Shown piece by piece: positions 8,832 through 19,327 of a stretch of 29,781 nt of DNA; positions within the stretch are counted from its first letter, which is position 1; each line of letters starts with the position of its first letter. The notes below the pieces were generated by a model that saw only the letters and a program-made list of their open reading frames with translations, searched no databases and had not been told where the DNA came from. The DNA lies in UHGV virus genome UHGV-0132373, one strand, 5' to 3'. The translations under genes and the position numbers were made by a program. This DNA is from a virus.

Positions 8832-8976
8832 ATCTGCAACAAACGCGCTTCACACGCGCGACTTCTGAACACAGAACCTTTCAGGATGACCCTTGAGGAT
8901 GCCGGTTTGGTGATCGGTGCCTTTCTGTGGGCCGGAATCCTGTGTGACAAGGTTCATCACTAAAAGGTAATCACTG

Positions 8977-9507
8977 ATGAAGTACCCAACAGTTATTGTC
9001 AATGGTGTGTCCGTTCGTGTTGATGAGGATGGACGCTACAACTTAAACGATCTCCATGCAGCAGCAGTTGCAAATGGAGAGGCTACAGAGCAACAGCGCC
9101 CAAGCCAGTTTTTGCGTAGCGCGCAGATAAAACGCTTCATAAAAGCACTGGAGGCCAAAGTGCAAAAAAGCACTTTGGAACAAATTCAACCACTTAAAAT
9201 AATCAAAGGTGGTGCAGAACCAGGTGTGTGGGGTGTTGAACTTCTGGCAATCAGATATGCAGCATGGATTAAGCCGGAATTTGAAATCGAAGTTTATGAA
9301 GTTTTCAAAACGGTCGTCCGTCTCGGCGTTGGCGCAATGTCCCGTCTGAATAGAATCGATCACATCATCAATACTGAAACCAAAGCGATAAGCCAGTGCG
9401 CAAGCCAAATGGCTAAGTGGGGCGTTGGTGGGCGAAAAAGATTGCTTCATGTTGCACGTGAGAGAGCGGCAAATGAAGTGCAAATGTATTTGCCCGGAAT
9501 GGTGTGA
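8977..9507 (+). CDS. KilA-N domain protein (N-terminal DNA-binding domain; accessory gene)
   Basis: 176-aa ORF between the lysis and packaging modules; N-terminal region (VNGVSVRVDEDGRYNLNDLHAAA…FLRS…IKRFIKALEAK) resembles KilA-N/APSES-type domains as I recall them. Domain call not verified by search. Confidence 0.6.
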   Translation: MKYPTVIVNGVSVRVDEDGRYNLNDLHAAAVANGEATEQQRPSQFLRSAQIKRFIKALEAKVQKSTLEQIQPLKIIKGGAEPGVWGVELLAIRYAAWIKPEFEIEVYEVFKTVVRLGVGAMSRLNRIDHIINTETKAISQCASQMAKWGVGGRKRLLHVARERAANEVQMYLPGMV

Positions 9508-9763
9508 TTTCGCAGGTTAATCCAGTTTTTGCATTACGGCAGTACCACGAAACAACCCAAGCCAGTAAGTGGGGAAATAACACTGGCAGCCACTGAAAGA
9601 TGAACCTCCCGCCTTATGGCAAAAAAGATTCTTTGTGGTGGCGGACTGATGGAAAGACATCGGTTATTGCAGAGACCATTCAATGAGTGGTCTCGACAAT
9701 GGCTTATACCCTACACGGGATAACTTAACTGATATCCCTTTTAACGGATAAACGGAGCCAACA

Positions 9764-10006
9764 ATGGCAGAGATTATTCCCATGACTGAAGAACAGAAAT
9801 TCCAGTTAGAGATTTACAAGCTGGTCATGAACCAGAACGCAGCCGCAGAAGAAGCATTTCAATTCATTGGCACTGACGAACTGAAGCTTGAGCTATTCAA
9901 AATTCACTTCCAGTCAGGCGGCGCTAATTCAGATATCACGATCCGCACATTCGAAGCGGTGCGTAAATCGAAGGAAGCGTTAGACCTGTTCACTACGGGA
10001 GCGTAA
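9764..10006 (+). CDS. hypothetical protein (80 aa) upstream of the small terminase
   Basis: ORF with AACGGAG upstream; acidic helical-looking protein. No recognised domain. Confidence 0.45.
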   Translation: MAEIIPMTEEQKFQLEIYKLVMNQNAAAEEAFQFIGTDELKLELFKIHFQSGGANSDITIRTFEAVRKSKEALDLFTTGA

Positions 10007-10085
10007 ACATGGCAACTCAAGGTTTCGACAACCCATCCAAATTCCGCGATGAATGGGATAAGCAAGCAGAAGGGAAATAATCAAT

Positions 10086-10511
10086 ATGGCGACTGAGAAA
10101 AAGAAAGGTGGTCGCCCCTCTGATTATATGCCGGAGGTGGCTAATGACATTTGCGCATTGCTTTCCTCCGGTGAGAGTCTGCGCAAAGTTTGCGAACGCC
10201 CAGGAATGCCGAGCAAAACATCAGTTTTTCGCTGGCTGGCTGAACATCAGGAGTTTCGTGACCAGTACGCGAAGGCAACAGAGACTCGGGCCGACTCTAT
10301 TTTCGAAGAGATATTCGAAATTGCTGACGACGTAATCCCTGATGCCGCCGAGGTGGCAAAGGCAAGACTTCGCGTTGATACCCGCAAATGGGCGCTGGCC
10401 AGAATGAATCCCCGTAAGTATGGCGACAAGGTAACTAATGAACTTGTCGGTAAAGACGGCGGCGCAATCCAGATTGAAACATCACCGATGAGCACTCTAT
10501 TCGGAAAATGA
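10086..10511 (+). CDS. terminase small subunit (Sf6 gp1-like)
   Basis: 141 aa with an N-terminal HTH-like region (GRPSDYMPEVANDICALLSSGESLRKVCERPGMPSKTSVFRWL) typical of Sf6-type TerS; directly followed by the overlapping large terminase. Confidence 0.88.
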   Translation: MATEKKKGGRPSDYMPEVANDICALLSSGESLRKVCERPGMPSKTSVFRWLAEHQEFRDQYAKATETRADSIFEEIFEIADDVIPDAAEVAKARLRVDTRKWALARMNPRKYGDKVTNELVGKDGGAIQIETSPMSTLFGK

Positions 10512-11923
10512 CCTCGATTAATCCTATCTTTGAACCGTTCATTGAGGCGCATCGCTACAAAGTCGCCAAAGGCGGTCGAGGTAGCGGTAAATCATGGGCA
10601 ATTGCGAGGCTGCTTGTTGAGGCGGCACGTCGGCAGCCTGTGCGTATTCTTTGCGCTCGTGAACTGCAAAACAGTATCAGCGATTCGGTAATCCGGTTGC
10701 TTGAAGACACCATCGAGCGGGAAGGGTATTCGGCTGAGTTTGAAATTCAGCGTTCCATGATTCGTCATCTCGGAACGAATGCTGAATTCATGTTCTACGG
10801 CATAAAAAACAACCCTACGAAGATTAAATCGCTCGAAGGCATTGATATCTGCTGGGTGGAAGAAGCGGAAGCGGTAACGAAGGAATCATGGGATATCCTG
10901 ATACCAACCATCCGCAAGCCGTTTTCCGAAATATGGGTGAGCTTTAACCCTAAGAACATCCTCGACGATACCTATCAGCGATTCGTCGTAAATCCTCCCG
11001 ATGATATTTGCCTGCTGACGGTGAACTACACCGACAACCCGCACTTTCCTGAAGTTCTCCGTCTGGAGATGGAAGAGTGCAAACGCAGAAATCCGACACT
11101 GTATCGTCATATCTGGCTTGGTGAGCCAGTAAGCGCAAGTGATATGGCAATCATCAAACGTGAATGGCTTGAAGCTGCAACCGATGCGCACAAGAAACTC
11201 GGATGGAAAGCGAAAGGCGCTGTTGTTTCTGCACATGACCCGTCAGATACAGGGCCAGATGCTAAAGGTTACGCATCGCGTCACGGTTCGGTGGTTAAGC
11301 GCATTGCCGAAGGTCTGCTGATGGACATCAACGATGGTGCTGACTGGGCTACTTCGCTGGCGATTGAAGACGGAGCTGACCATTACCTGTGGGATGGTGA
11401 TGGTGTCGGTGCAGGGCTACGCAGACAGACAACGGAAGCGTTCTCCGGTAAGAAAATCACCGCCACGATGTTCAAGGGCAGCGAATCGCCATTCGATGAA
11501 GATGCTCCGTATCAGGCCGGAGCATGGGCTGATGAAGTAGTACAGGGCGACAACGTTCGCACTATTGGCGATGTATTCCGCAATAAGCGAGCGCAATTCT
11601 ATTACGCGCTGGCTGACAGGCTGTATCTGACATATCGGGCGGTTGTCCACGGTGAGTATGCAGACCCCGACGACATGCTGAGTTTCGACAAAGAAGCGAT
11701 AGGCGAGAAGATGCTGGAGAAGCTGTTTGCAGAACTGACGCAGATTCAGCGCAAATTCAATAACAACGGGAAGCTGGAGCTTATGACTAAGGTCGAAATG
11801 AAGCAGAAGCTCGGTATTCCATCTCCTAACCTGGCTGATGCGTTGATGATGTGTATGCATTGCCCGGAGTCGGCTGCGCAACCCGACTATTCCAGTTACT
11901 CAATTCCTTGTGGTGTAGGTTGA
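10508..11923 (+). CDS. terminase large subunit
   Basis: 471 aa with an N-terminal ATPase Walker A region (YKVAKGGRGSGKSWAIARLL), a Walker B-like ICWVEEAE, and a C-terminal nuclease-type domain; ATGA overlap with TerS. Confidence 0.92.
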   Translation: MTSINPIFEPFIEAHRYKVAKGGRGSGKSWAIARLLVEAARRQPVRILCARELQNSISDSVIRLLEDTIEREGYSAEFEIQRSMIRHLGTNAEFMFYGIKNNPTKIKSLEGIDICWVEEAEAVTKESWDILIPTIRKPFSEIWVSFNPKNILDDTYQRFVVNPPDDICLLTVNYTDNPHFPEVLRLEMEECKRRNPTLYRHIWLGEPVSASDMAIIKREWLEAATDAHKKLGWKAKGAVVSAHDPSDTGPDAKGYASRHGSVVKRIAEGLLMDINDGADWATSLAIEDGADHYLWDGDGVGAGLRRQTTEAFSGKKITATMFKGSESPFDEDAPYQAGAWADEVVQGDNVRTIGDVFRNKRAQFYYALADRLYLTYRAVVHGEYADPDDMLSFDKEAIGEKMLEKLFAELTQIQRKFNNNGKLELMTKVEMKQKLGIPSPNLADALMMCMHCPESAAQPDYSSYSIPCGVG

Positions 11924-11924
11924 T

Positions 11925-14123
11925 ATGGCAGAAAAAAAGATGACTGACTGGCATCGCAAGGTGCTGTGCAACTTTGATAATGCCTGGTCAGCAACGCAGG
12001 ATATGCGTGAGCAGATTATTGAGGCTCAACGTTTCGTCCGGGTGTCCGGCGCACAGTGGGAAGGCAGTACAAACGCTGGTTACTCATTTGATGAGGGCAG
12101 GTTTGAGCATTACCCGCGCTTTGAACTGAATAAGATTGCCCGTGAATGTGATCGCATCATTGGCGAGTATCGACAGAATCGCATCAGCGTTAAATTCAGG
12201 CCGAAGGACGATAAGGCATCGGAAGCGTTAGCCGAAAAGATGAACGGCAAATTCCGCGCTGACTATCAGGAAACATCAGGTGGCGAAGCGTGTGATAACG
12301 CATTTGATGATGCTGTAACGGGCGGATTCGGTTGTTTCCGCATGTGTGCCGATTACGAAGATGAAATGGACCCAAGTAACGAGCAGCGACGCATCAGCCT
12401 TCTTCCTGTTTACGACCCGGCGACATGCGTCTTCTTCGATCAGGACAGCAAACAATATGACCGCTCTGATGCTATGTGGGCTATGGAAATGTTCTCCATG
12501 ACGCCTAAAGCGTTCGAGGCTGAATACCCTGATTCCATTGCGGCAAGCCTTTCTCGGGATGACACTGGTACTCAGTATGACTGGTCAACGCCTGACGCCA
12601 TCTATGTTGGACGTTACTACGAAGTTCGCATAGAGAAGGTGAAGCTCACGGCGTGGCGCAACCCTGTTAGCGGAGAAACGGCAATCTATGATGAAGAGCA
12701 AATCAAAGATATTGTCGACGAGCTGACCGATGGTGCATTCGAACTGATTGGCGAGCGAACGGTGAAGAAGCGCCGCGTTTATTGCGGTCTTCTGTCTGGC
12801 GCTGAATGGCTGGAAGAACCGAAGCGTATTCCGGGTGAACATATTCCTCTCATCCCGGTATATGGGCGTCGCTCATTTGTTGATAATCAGGAGCGAATCG
12901 AAGGCCACGCAGCAAAAGCGATGGATGCACAGCGTCTTGAGAACCTGATGGTTTCCATGATTGCAGATAACGCTACTCAGGCTGGCGGTGATGGCATTCC
13001 TGTAGTTGATGTTGACATGATTCCTGGTCCTCTCGCCACTCATTGGGCGGAGCGCAACAAAAAGCGCCCGGCGTTCCTGCCGATGGTCAGTCTGAAAAAC
13101 AAAAACGGAGATATTACTGCGCAGGCTCAGGTCAGCAGTTATACACCTCCGACACAAATGCCTCCTGCTCTTGCCGGGCTATTGCAGTACACCGGAACGG
13201 CTATTCAGCAAATTACAGGTGCGTCGCAGCTTGAGAATATGCCGAGCAACGTCGCTACCGATACCGTTGATAGCATCTTTAACCGGATGGACACGCAGTC
13301 CTATATCTACATGGACAACATGGCTAAATCCATGCGCCGCGCTGGCGTCGTGTGGCTTTCTATGGCGCGTGAAGTCTATGGCAGCGATACGCCAATGCGC
13401 ATCGTTAATGAGGACGGCAGCGATGACGTGGCGCTGATGACTGGTGAAGTGGTTGACCGTCAGACAGGGCAGGTTATCGCGCTTAACGACCTTTCGCAGG
13501 GTAACTATGAAGTGACTGTCGATGTCGGTCAGTCGTTCGCTACTCGCCGTGATGCAACGGTTAAGTCGTTACTTTCCATGCTGGCACTTATCCCACCAGG
13601 AACGCCGAAGCACGACCTTGTATCGTCGATGATTCTCGACAATATGGACGGCGAAGGGATGGACGACCTGAAAGAATACAACCGCAATCAGTTGCTTCTG
13701 TCTGGCGTTATCAAGCCGAGAACGCCTGAAGAACAGCAGATGGTTGAACAGGCGAAACAACAACAGGCCAGTCAGCCAGATCCGGCTATGGTTGCAGCGC
13801 AAGGTCAGCTTCTTGCTGGTCAGGCTGAATTGCAGAAAGCGCAGAACGAACAGGCAGCCATTCAGGTTAAAGCATTCCAGGCACAGACTGATGCTCAGGT
13901 TGCAGCGGCAAACGTTGTGAAAATCCTCGCATCTGCCGATAGCCAGCAGAAATCTGATATCCGCGAGGCTCTGAAACTGCTCGGACAGTTCCAGCAACAG
14001 CAAGGAGACAATGCCCGCGCTGATGCAGAGCTTGTCCTGAAAAGTCAGGCACAGGGACATGCGCAGCGCATGGACATCAGCAGCATCCTGCAAAAATCAA
14101 CTCAGCAACAACCACAGCAGTAA
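11925..14123 (+). CDS. portal protein (P22 gp1 / Sf6 gp3-like)
   Basis: 732 aa; conserved portal segments (…KRRRVYCGLLSG…GEHIPLIPVYG…) and a Gln-rich C-terminal helical barrel (…DPAMVAAQGQLLAGQAELQKAQNEQ…RMDISSILQ) characteristic of P22-like portals. Confidence 0.92.
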   Translation: MAEKKMTDWHRKVLCNFDNAWSATQDMREQIIEAQRFVRVSGAQWEGSTNAGYSFDEGRFEHYPRFELNKIARECDRIIGEYRQNRISVKFRPKDDKASEALAEKMNGKFRADYQETSGGEACDNAFDDAVTGGFGCFRMCADYEDEMDPSNEQRRISLLPVYDPATCVFFDQDSKQYDRSDAMWAMEMFSMTPKAFEAEYPDSIAASLSRDDTGTQYDWSTPDAIYVGRYYEVRIEKVKLTAWRNPVSGETAIYDEEQIKDIVDELTDGAFELIGERTVKKRRVYCGLLSGAEWLEEPKRIPGEHIPLIPVYGRRSFVDNQERIEGHAAKAMDAQRLENLMVSMIADNATQAGGDGIPVVDVDMIPGPLATHWAERNKKRPAFLPMVSLKNKNGDITAQAQVSSYTPPTQMPPALAGLLQYTGTAIQQITGASQLENMPSNVATDTVDSIFNRMDTQSYIYMDNMAKSMRRAGVVWLSMAREVYGSDTPMRIVNEDGSDDVALMTGEVVDRQTGQVIALNDLSQGNYEVTVDVGQSFATRRDATVKSLLSMLALIPPGTPKHDLVSSMILDNMDGEGMDDLKEYNRNQLLLSGVIKPRTPEEQQMVEQAKQQQASQPDPAMVAAQGQLLAGQAELQKAQNEQAAIQVKAFQAQTDAQVAAANVVKILASADSQQKSDIREALKLLGQFQQQQGDNARADAELVLKSQAQGHAQRMDISSILQKSTQQQPQQ

Positions 14124-14213
14124 TTAACCCATAACGTGCAATGGCTGTCTTTATGAGGCCTGGCACCCTATTGCCTTCCGATGGGCTGAACATCGAGTAA
14201 ACAGGGGTAACAA

Positions 14214-15107
14214 ATGGACCAGATGGCAGAAAACACACCAGAAGTTGAAATCGAAACCGACGCGTCAGAGCAGATTCCTGAAGATGTCGAACTGGCTGAA
14301 GAAGTCGAAACAGAAGATGGCAGTGAGTCCTCCGGCAATGATGCAGAGGAAGCTACTGAAACTGATGACGACGAATCAGAACAGGAATTCTACTTTGGTG
14401 ACGAAAAGCTGGATTCGCCAACCAGCGAAGATGGCGCAGAGCATGGACTGGTAAAACACTTGCGCAAGACGATTAAAGAGAAAGACCGTGAGCTGAAAGA
14501 GCTGATGCGTCAGTCTCAGAACCCAGTCGAGCAGCAGCCGGTAATCACTCAACCACCGCGAATGCCAAAACTGGACGATGAGGACATCGGTTTCGATGAA
14601 GAAATCTACCAGCAACGCATGGCTAAGTGGGCAGAGGATAACGGCAAGTACCAGGAGCAAGTACGAGAGCGGAAACGAGAGGAAGAGGCGCGTACCGCAA
14701 CGCTTCAGCAGAAAGCAGCCAATTACATGCATAGAGTAAAAGCACTGAAAGTGGCTGGTTACCAGGATGCAGAGCAGGCTGTACGCGAAGATGTTCCTGT
14801 TCACATTCAGGACATGATCCTTCTTGAGTCAGAGAAGCCGGAAATCGTTGTTCTGGCACTCGGCCGCAACGCTGAACTGCGCAAGCAACTGGCAGAAGCT
14901 ACAAACCCCGTAGCAATTGGTCGTCTGCTGGAACGTATCGAATCTAAGGCCAGAATCATGCCAAAAGCAAAAACCACGGCAGCCACAACCCCGACAGTTA
15001 AGGGGAGCAACGGCGCAGTAATCAATAACCTCGACAAACTGAAAGCCAAGGCGCTGGAAACTGGTGACTGGACGCCGTATTTCGCCGCTAAAAAGGCAAA
15101 AAAATAA
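14214..15107 (+). CDS. scaffolding protein
   Basis: 297-aa, highly acidic N-terminus and a Lys-rich C-terminal helix-turn-helix-like tail; positioned between portal and coat as in P22 (gp8) and Sf6. Confidence 0.75.
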   Translation: MDQMAENTPEVEIETDASEQIPEDVELAEEVETEDGSESSGNDAEEATETDDDESEQEFYFGDEKLDSPTSEDGAEHGLVKHLRKTIKEKDRELKELMRQSQNPVEQQPVITQPPRMPKLDDEDIGFDEEIYQQRMAKWAEDNGKYQEQVRERKREEEARTATLQQKAANYMHRVKALKVAGYQDAEQAVREDVPVHIQDMILLESEKPEIVVLALGRNAELRKQLAEATNPVAIGRLLERIESKARIMPKAKTTAATTPTVKGSNGAVINNLDKLKAKALETGDWTPYFAAKKAKK

Positions 15108-15125
15108 CCTATCGGAGCATTAAGC

Positions 15126-16379
15126 ATGACTAACCAATTAGCAAAAGACCTTGAAATCATGTTCGAAAACTACGTTGAAGGCTTTGAGGCCGCCTGCGTA
15201 GTTTCCCGTAACGCTAAAAAATTCCGTCCCGGTGATACAGCAATGCAGCGAGCAGGTGATGTTCTGTATCGTCCGCAGCATTACCACATGAACATTGAGG
15301 AAGGCCTAGACCTCAGCGGCAAAACGCCAACAGCACTGGTTCAGCGCCTTGTTCCTTCTGTGTTCAAGGAGCCGAAAAACATTCTGTACACTCTGGATGC
15401 GCGTGAAATGCGTGACCCTGAGCATAAAACTGAAGCTGGTCGCGCCGCAGGTATGCGCCTTGCTGCACAGATTGACTCTGACCTGATTTCCATGGTTACG
15501 CAGCGTGCTACTAACGTGATCACAATGTCTGACTCAACCACAGGTACACAGGGCCGTGATTTGTGGAACTGTGCGGCAGGTATTGATGCCACCATGACGG
15601 CGATTGGTGTACCGCAGGGTATCAACCGTCGCTCTTTCTGGAACCCCTTCAACTACAAAGACCTTGCTGGCGAGCTTGGTCACCGTGCCTACGCTCAGGG
15701 CGCAACCCTGACAGCATACGAAAAAGCGCAGATCCCTCCGGTTGCTTCCTTTGATAGCTACAAGACCGATATTTCTGGTCGATTACCGAAAGGAAGCGCT
15801 GAATCCTTGACAGTATCAGGCCAACCTGAACACAAGGTTGAAGCGAAAGATTCAAATGGTATGCCAGTTGATAACCGACAGGGGACTATTACGGTATCTG
15901 CATCTGGCTTGCAGGTTGGTGATGCGTTCACCATTGCCGGTGTGAATTCCGTACACCAGATCACAAAAGATACCACCGGGCAACCGCAGGTATTCCGTGT
16001 TCTGGCTGTTAGCGGAACTACCGTAACAATCTCTCCAAAGATTCTCCCTGTTGAAAATGCCGATGTTGCGAGTCGTCCATATGCAAACGTCGATGCCAAA
16101 CCGGCAGAATCAGCAGCAATCACCATTCTCAACAAGAACGCAGCACCTGCTAACCTGTTCTGGGCTGATGGTTCTGTTGAGCTGATGTACGGCAAACTGG
16201 CGTTCCCGACTGGTCAGGGTCCACAGGTAATGACAGCAACCACCGAGCAGGGCGCTACGCTGATCATGTCTTACGCCTTCGACCACATCAAAGGCGTAAC
16301 CACTGCGCGTTTCACCACTCTGTACGGTTGCTCTGTACTGGTTCCTGAATATACGGGCATCGTTATTGCCGGGCAGTAA
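15126..16379 (+). CDS. major capsid (coat) protein, P22 gp5 / Sf6 gp5-like
   Basis: 417 aa; N-terminal region (…KKFRPGDTAMQRAGDVLYRPQ…) parallels the P22 coat N-arm (…[20 protein letters not shown]…); followed by a strong terminator-like hairpin. Confidence 0.88.
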   Translation: MTNQLAKDLEIMFENYVEGFEAACVVSRNAKKFRPGDTAMQRAGDVLYRPQHYHMNIEEGLDLSGKTPTALVQRLVPSVFKEPKNILYTLDAREMRDPEHKTEAGRAAGMRLAAQIDSDLISMVTQRATNVITMSDSTTGTQGRDLWNCAAGIDATMTAIGVPQGINRRSFWNPFNYKDLAGELGHRAYAQGATLTAYEKAQIPPVASFDSYKTDISGRLPKGSAESLTVSGQPEHKVEAKDSNGMPVDNRQGTITVSASGLQVGDAFTIAGVNSVHQITKDTTGQPQVFRVLAVSGTTVTISPKILPVENADVASRPYANVDAKPAESAAITILNKNAAPANLFWADGSVELMYGKLAFPTGQGPQVMTATTEQGATLIMSYAFDHIKGVTTARFTTLYGCSVLVPEYTGIVIAGQ

Positions 16380-16386
16380 TTTTGGT

Positions 16387-16406
16387 GGGGCTTCGGCCCC
16401 ATTTTT
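16387..16406 (+). terminator. intrinsic terminator-like hairpin after the coat gene
   Basis: GGGGC-TTCG-GCCCC followed by ATTTTTATT, immediately 3' of the coat stop. Confidence 0.55.
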
Positions 16407-16420
16407 ATTGGGAGAAGACA

Positions 16421-16609
16421 ATGGCACGAACAATGCTCTATAAGCCTGGCAACATGATCACCTGTGGTCAGTTTGCTGTCGATTACATCATTGTTGATGA
16501 CGAAGAAGTTAAATCTCACCTGAAAAAAGGTTGGGTAAAAACTCCTGAAGAAACCGCAACGAAGCAAAAAGTGGCTAAGGCGGAAGAAGATGGCGAAAAC
16601 GAAGGGTGA
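16421..16609 (+). CDS. small hypothetical protein (62 aa)
   Basis: ATG 16421 preceded by GGGAGAAG; Lys/Glu-rich C-terminus; overlaps the start of the gp4-like gene. Confidence 0.45.
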   Translation: MARTMLYKPGNMITCGQFAVDYIIVDDEEVKSHLKKGWVKTPEETATKQKVAKAEEDGENEG

Positions 16610-17051
16610 TCTCGTTCTAAAGGCTTTACGAAAAGCCGGGCTGTATTCCAATGCCACGTTGACAGATGCTGACCCTCAGGCAATTGAAGATGCCATTAAT
16701 GACCTCGAAGACATGATGGCAGCATGGCAGGCGAAAGGTATCGAGCTTGGATATCAGTTTGCGGATACAGAAAACGGCATCATGCCGTTACCTGACGATG
16801 ATTCAGGTATCCCTGCATGGGCAAATGATGGCGTCGCTTTGAAACTCGCTGTGCAAGTGTGCATGGATAACGTCATTCAGCCGTCAGACGCTCTCCTTAC
16901 CGCTGCTGACAGTGCATATCAGACAATCTGTATCGCTTTAACCAAAATACCACCACTTGAGCGACGAAATGACATGCCTCGCGGGGCGGGGTTAAAAAGC
17001 GCGTTTACGTGGAATCGGTTTTACATCGAGAAAGATGATCCGAGTACGTGA
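16590..17051 (+). CDS. head-to-tail adaptor, P22 gp4-like
   Basis: 153 aa; N-terminal segment (TKGDLVLKALRKAGLYSNATLTDADPQAIEDAINDLEDMMAAW) parallels P22 gp4; position between coat and gp10-like gene. Confidence 0.8.
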   Translation: MAKTKGDLVLKALRKAGLYSNATLTDADPQAIEDAINDLEDMMAAWQAKGIELGYQFADTENGIMPLPDDDSGIPAWANDGVALKLAVQVCMDNVIQPSDALLTAADSAYQTICIALTKIPPLERRNDMPRGAGLKSAFTWNRFYIEKDDPST

Positions 17052-17060
17052 GGTGAATAA

Positions 17061-18479
17061 ATGCCGATTCAGCAACTTCCGCTTATGAAAGGTGTCGGCA
17101 AAGATTTCAGAAACGCCGACTATATCGACTATCTGCCAGCGAATATGTTGGCTACACCCAAAGAAATACTCAACAGCAGCGGATATCTTCGCTCATTCCC
17201 GGGCATTGCCAAACGTTCTGATGTGAATGGTGTATCGCGCGGCGTCGAGTACAACATGGCGCAGAGTGCTGTTTATCGCGTGTGTGGTGGGAAGCTTTAC
17301 AAAGGCGAAAGCGAAGTCGGTGATGTTGCCGGAAGTGGTCGCGTATCAATGGCGCATGGTCGAACATCTCAGGCGGTAGGCGTTAATGGTCAACTGGTCG
17401 AGTATCGCTATGATGGCACAGTTAAAACAGTCTCAAACTGGCCTACAGACAGCGGATTCACGCAGTATGAGTTAGGCTCAGTCCGCGACATTACACGCTT
17501 ACGTGGGCGTTATGCGTGGTCAAAAGACGGCACTGATTCATGGTTTATTACTGACCTTGAAGACGAATCGCATCCTGACCGCTACAGCGCACAATATCGC
17601 GCAGAATCGCAGCCGGACGGTATCCTCGGCATCGGAACATGGCGAGACTTCATCGTCTGCTTTGGTTCATCGACGATTGAATATTTTTCCCTGACTGGGG
17701 CAACCACCGTTGGTGCCGCTTTGTATGTCGCACAGCCATCGCTGATGGTGCAAAAAGGCATCGCCGGGACTTACTGCAAAACGCCGTTTGCTGATTCGTA
17801 TGCGTTCATCAGCAATCCGGCAACAGGTGCGCCGTCTGTATACATCATCGGCTCCGGTCAGGTGTCACCAATCGCCAGCGCGAGCATTGAGAAAATACTA
17901 CGCTCCTACACTGCTGATGAACTGGCTGATGGCGTGATGGAGTCTCTGCGATTTGATGCGCATGAGTTGCTGATTATCCACCTTCCGCGCCATGTTCTTG
18001 TTTACGACGCATCTTCAAGCGCCAATGGTCCGCAATGGTGTGTGCTGAAAACAGGCCTGTATGACGATGTGTACCGCGCTATCGACTTCATTTACGAAGG
18101 CAATCAGATAACGTGCGGCGATAAGCTGGAATCGGTTACCGGCAAATTGCAGTTCGATATCAGCAGCCAGTATGGGCTTCAACAGGAACACCTGCTGTTT
18201 ACTCCGTTGTTCAAAGCGGATAACGCCAGATGCTTTGATCTGGAGGTGGAATCATCCACTGGCGTAGCTCAGTACGCCGACCGCCTGTTCCTCTCTGCAA
18301 CCACTGACGGAATCAATTACGGACGTGAGCAGATGATTGAACAGAATGAACCGTTCGTTTACGACAAACGTGTTTTGTGGAAGCGAGTCGGGCGCATCAG
18401 GAAAAATGTCGGCTTCAAATTGCGCGTTATCACGAAGTCACCTGTCACTCTGTCTGGCGCTCAGATAAGGATTGAGTAA
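17061..18479 (+). CDS. tail hub protein, P22 gp10-like
   Basis: 472 aa, same length as and strongly resembling P22 gp10 as I recall it ([45 protein letters not shown]…); conserved synteny gp4-gp10-gp26. Confidence 0.9.
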   Translation: MPIQQLPLMKGVGKDFRNADYIDYLPANMLATPKEILNSSGYLRSFPGIAKRSDVNGVSRGVEYNMAQSAVYRVCGGKLYKGESEVGDVAGSGRVSMAHGRTSQAVGVNGQLVEYRYDGTVKTVSNWPTDSGFTQYELGSVRDITRLRGRYAWSKDGTDSWFITDLEDESHPDRYSAQYRAESQPDGILGIGTWRDFIVCFGSSTIEYFSLTGATTVGAALYVAQPSLMVQKGIAGTYCKTPFADSYAFISNPATGAPSVYIIGSGQVSPIASASIEKILRSYTADELADGVMESLRFDAHELLIIHLPRHVLVYDASSSANGPQWCVLKTGLYDDVYRAIDFIYEGNQITCGDKLESVTGKLQFDISSQYGLQQEHLLFTPLFKADNARCFDLEVESSTGVAQYADRLFLSATTDGINYGREQMIEQNEPFVYDKRVLWKRVGRIRKNVGFKLRVITKSPVTLSGAQIRIE

Positions 18480-19327
18480 TGGCGGATTCGAATCTCAATG
18501 TGCCGGTAATCATTCAGGCTACACAGCTCGACACATCAGTCCTTCCACGCAATATCTTCTCGCAGTCGTATCTGCTTTACGTTATCGCACAGGGCACTGA
18601 TGTTGGTAACGTGGCTAACAAGGCCAACGAGGCAGGACAGGGCGCTTATGATGCACAGGTCAGGAACGATGAGCAGGATGTGATTCTCGCTGACCATGAG
18701 CAGCGAATTTCTGCTGCGGAAGCAACGCTTGTTAATCATGAGGAGCGAATCACCCAGGCAGAATCAACTCTTCAGGAACATGAAACACGAATCGCTCAGA
18801 ATGAAAGCGATATTGCGTCGCTTGATACCAGAGTTCAGTCGCTGGAGTCGCAGGTTTCAGACCATGAAACGCGCATTGATGCTCTGGAGTATGCAACCAC
18901 GCGCAAGAAGTCAGAGGTTGTTTACTCTGGCGTATCAGTAACCATTCCGACAGCGCCGACAAACCTTGTTAGCCTGCTGAAAACGCTCACGCCGTCATCC
19001 GGGACGTTGGCACCATTCTTCGACACCGTTAACAACAAGATGGTTGTGTTCAACGAGAACAAAACCTTGTTCTTCAAGCTGTCGATCGTCGGGACGTGGC
19101 CCAGTGGAACCGCAAACAGGTCAATGCAGCTAACCTTTTCCGGCTCTGTTCCTGACACGTTGGTCAGCAGTCGTAATGCGGCGACAACAACCGACAACAT
19201 CCTGTTAGCTACGTTCTTCAGCGTGGATAAAGACGGCTTTCTGGCCACAAATGGAGGCACGTTAACCATTCAGTCAAATGGTGCGGCGTTTACTGCCACA
19301 ACCATCAAAATCATTGCGGAGCAGTGA
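18479..19327 (+). CDS. tail needle, gp26-like with C-terminal knob (Sf6/HK620 type)
   Basis: 282 aa; N-terminal tip ([43 protein letters not shown]) as in P22 gp26, a central trimeric coiled coil with repeated H-E-x-R-I heptads, and an extra C-terminal beta-rich domain that P22 gp26 (233 aa) lacks. Confidence 0.88.
   Translation: MADSNLNVPVIIQATQLDTSVLPRNIFSQSYLLYVIAQGTDVGNVANKANEAGQGAYDAQVRNDEQDVILADHEQRISAAEATLVNHEERITQAESTLQEHETRIAQNESDIASLDTRVQSLESQVSDHETRIDALEYATTRKKSEVVYSGVSVTIPTAPTNLVSLLKTLTPSSGTLAPFFDTVNNKMVVFNENKTLFFKLSIVGTWPSGTANRSMQLTFSGSVPDTLVSSRNAATTTDNILLATFFSVDKDGFLATNGGTLTIQSNGAAFTATTIKIIAEQ

Noticed and set aside
9640-9700. Hairpin GAGACCA-ttcaatgag-TGGTCTC upstream of the 80-aa ORF
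   Set aside because: Perfect 7-bp stem but no T-run and no obvious promoter context; could not be assigned a function.
13569-14093. 174-aa reverse-strand ORF inside the portal gene
   Set aside because: Antisense to a strongly supported structural gene; Leu/Cys-rich, non-protein-like translation.
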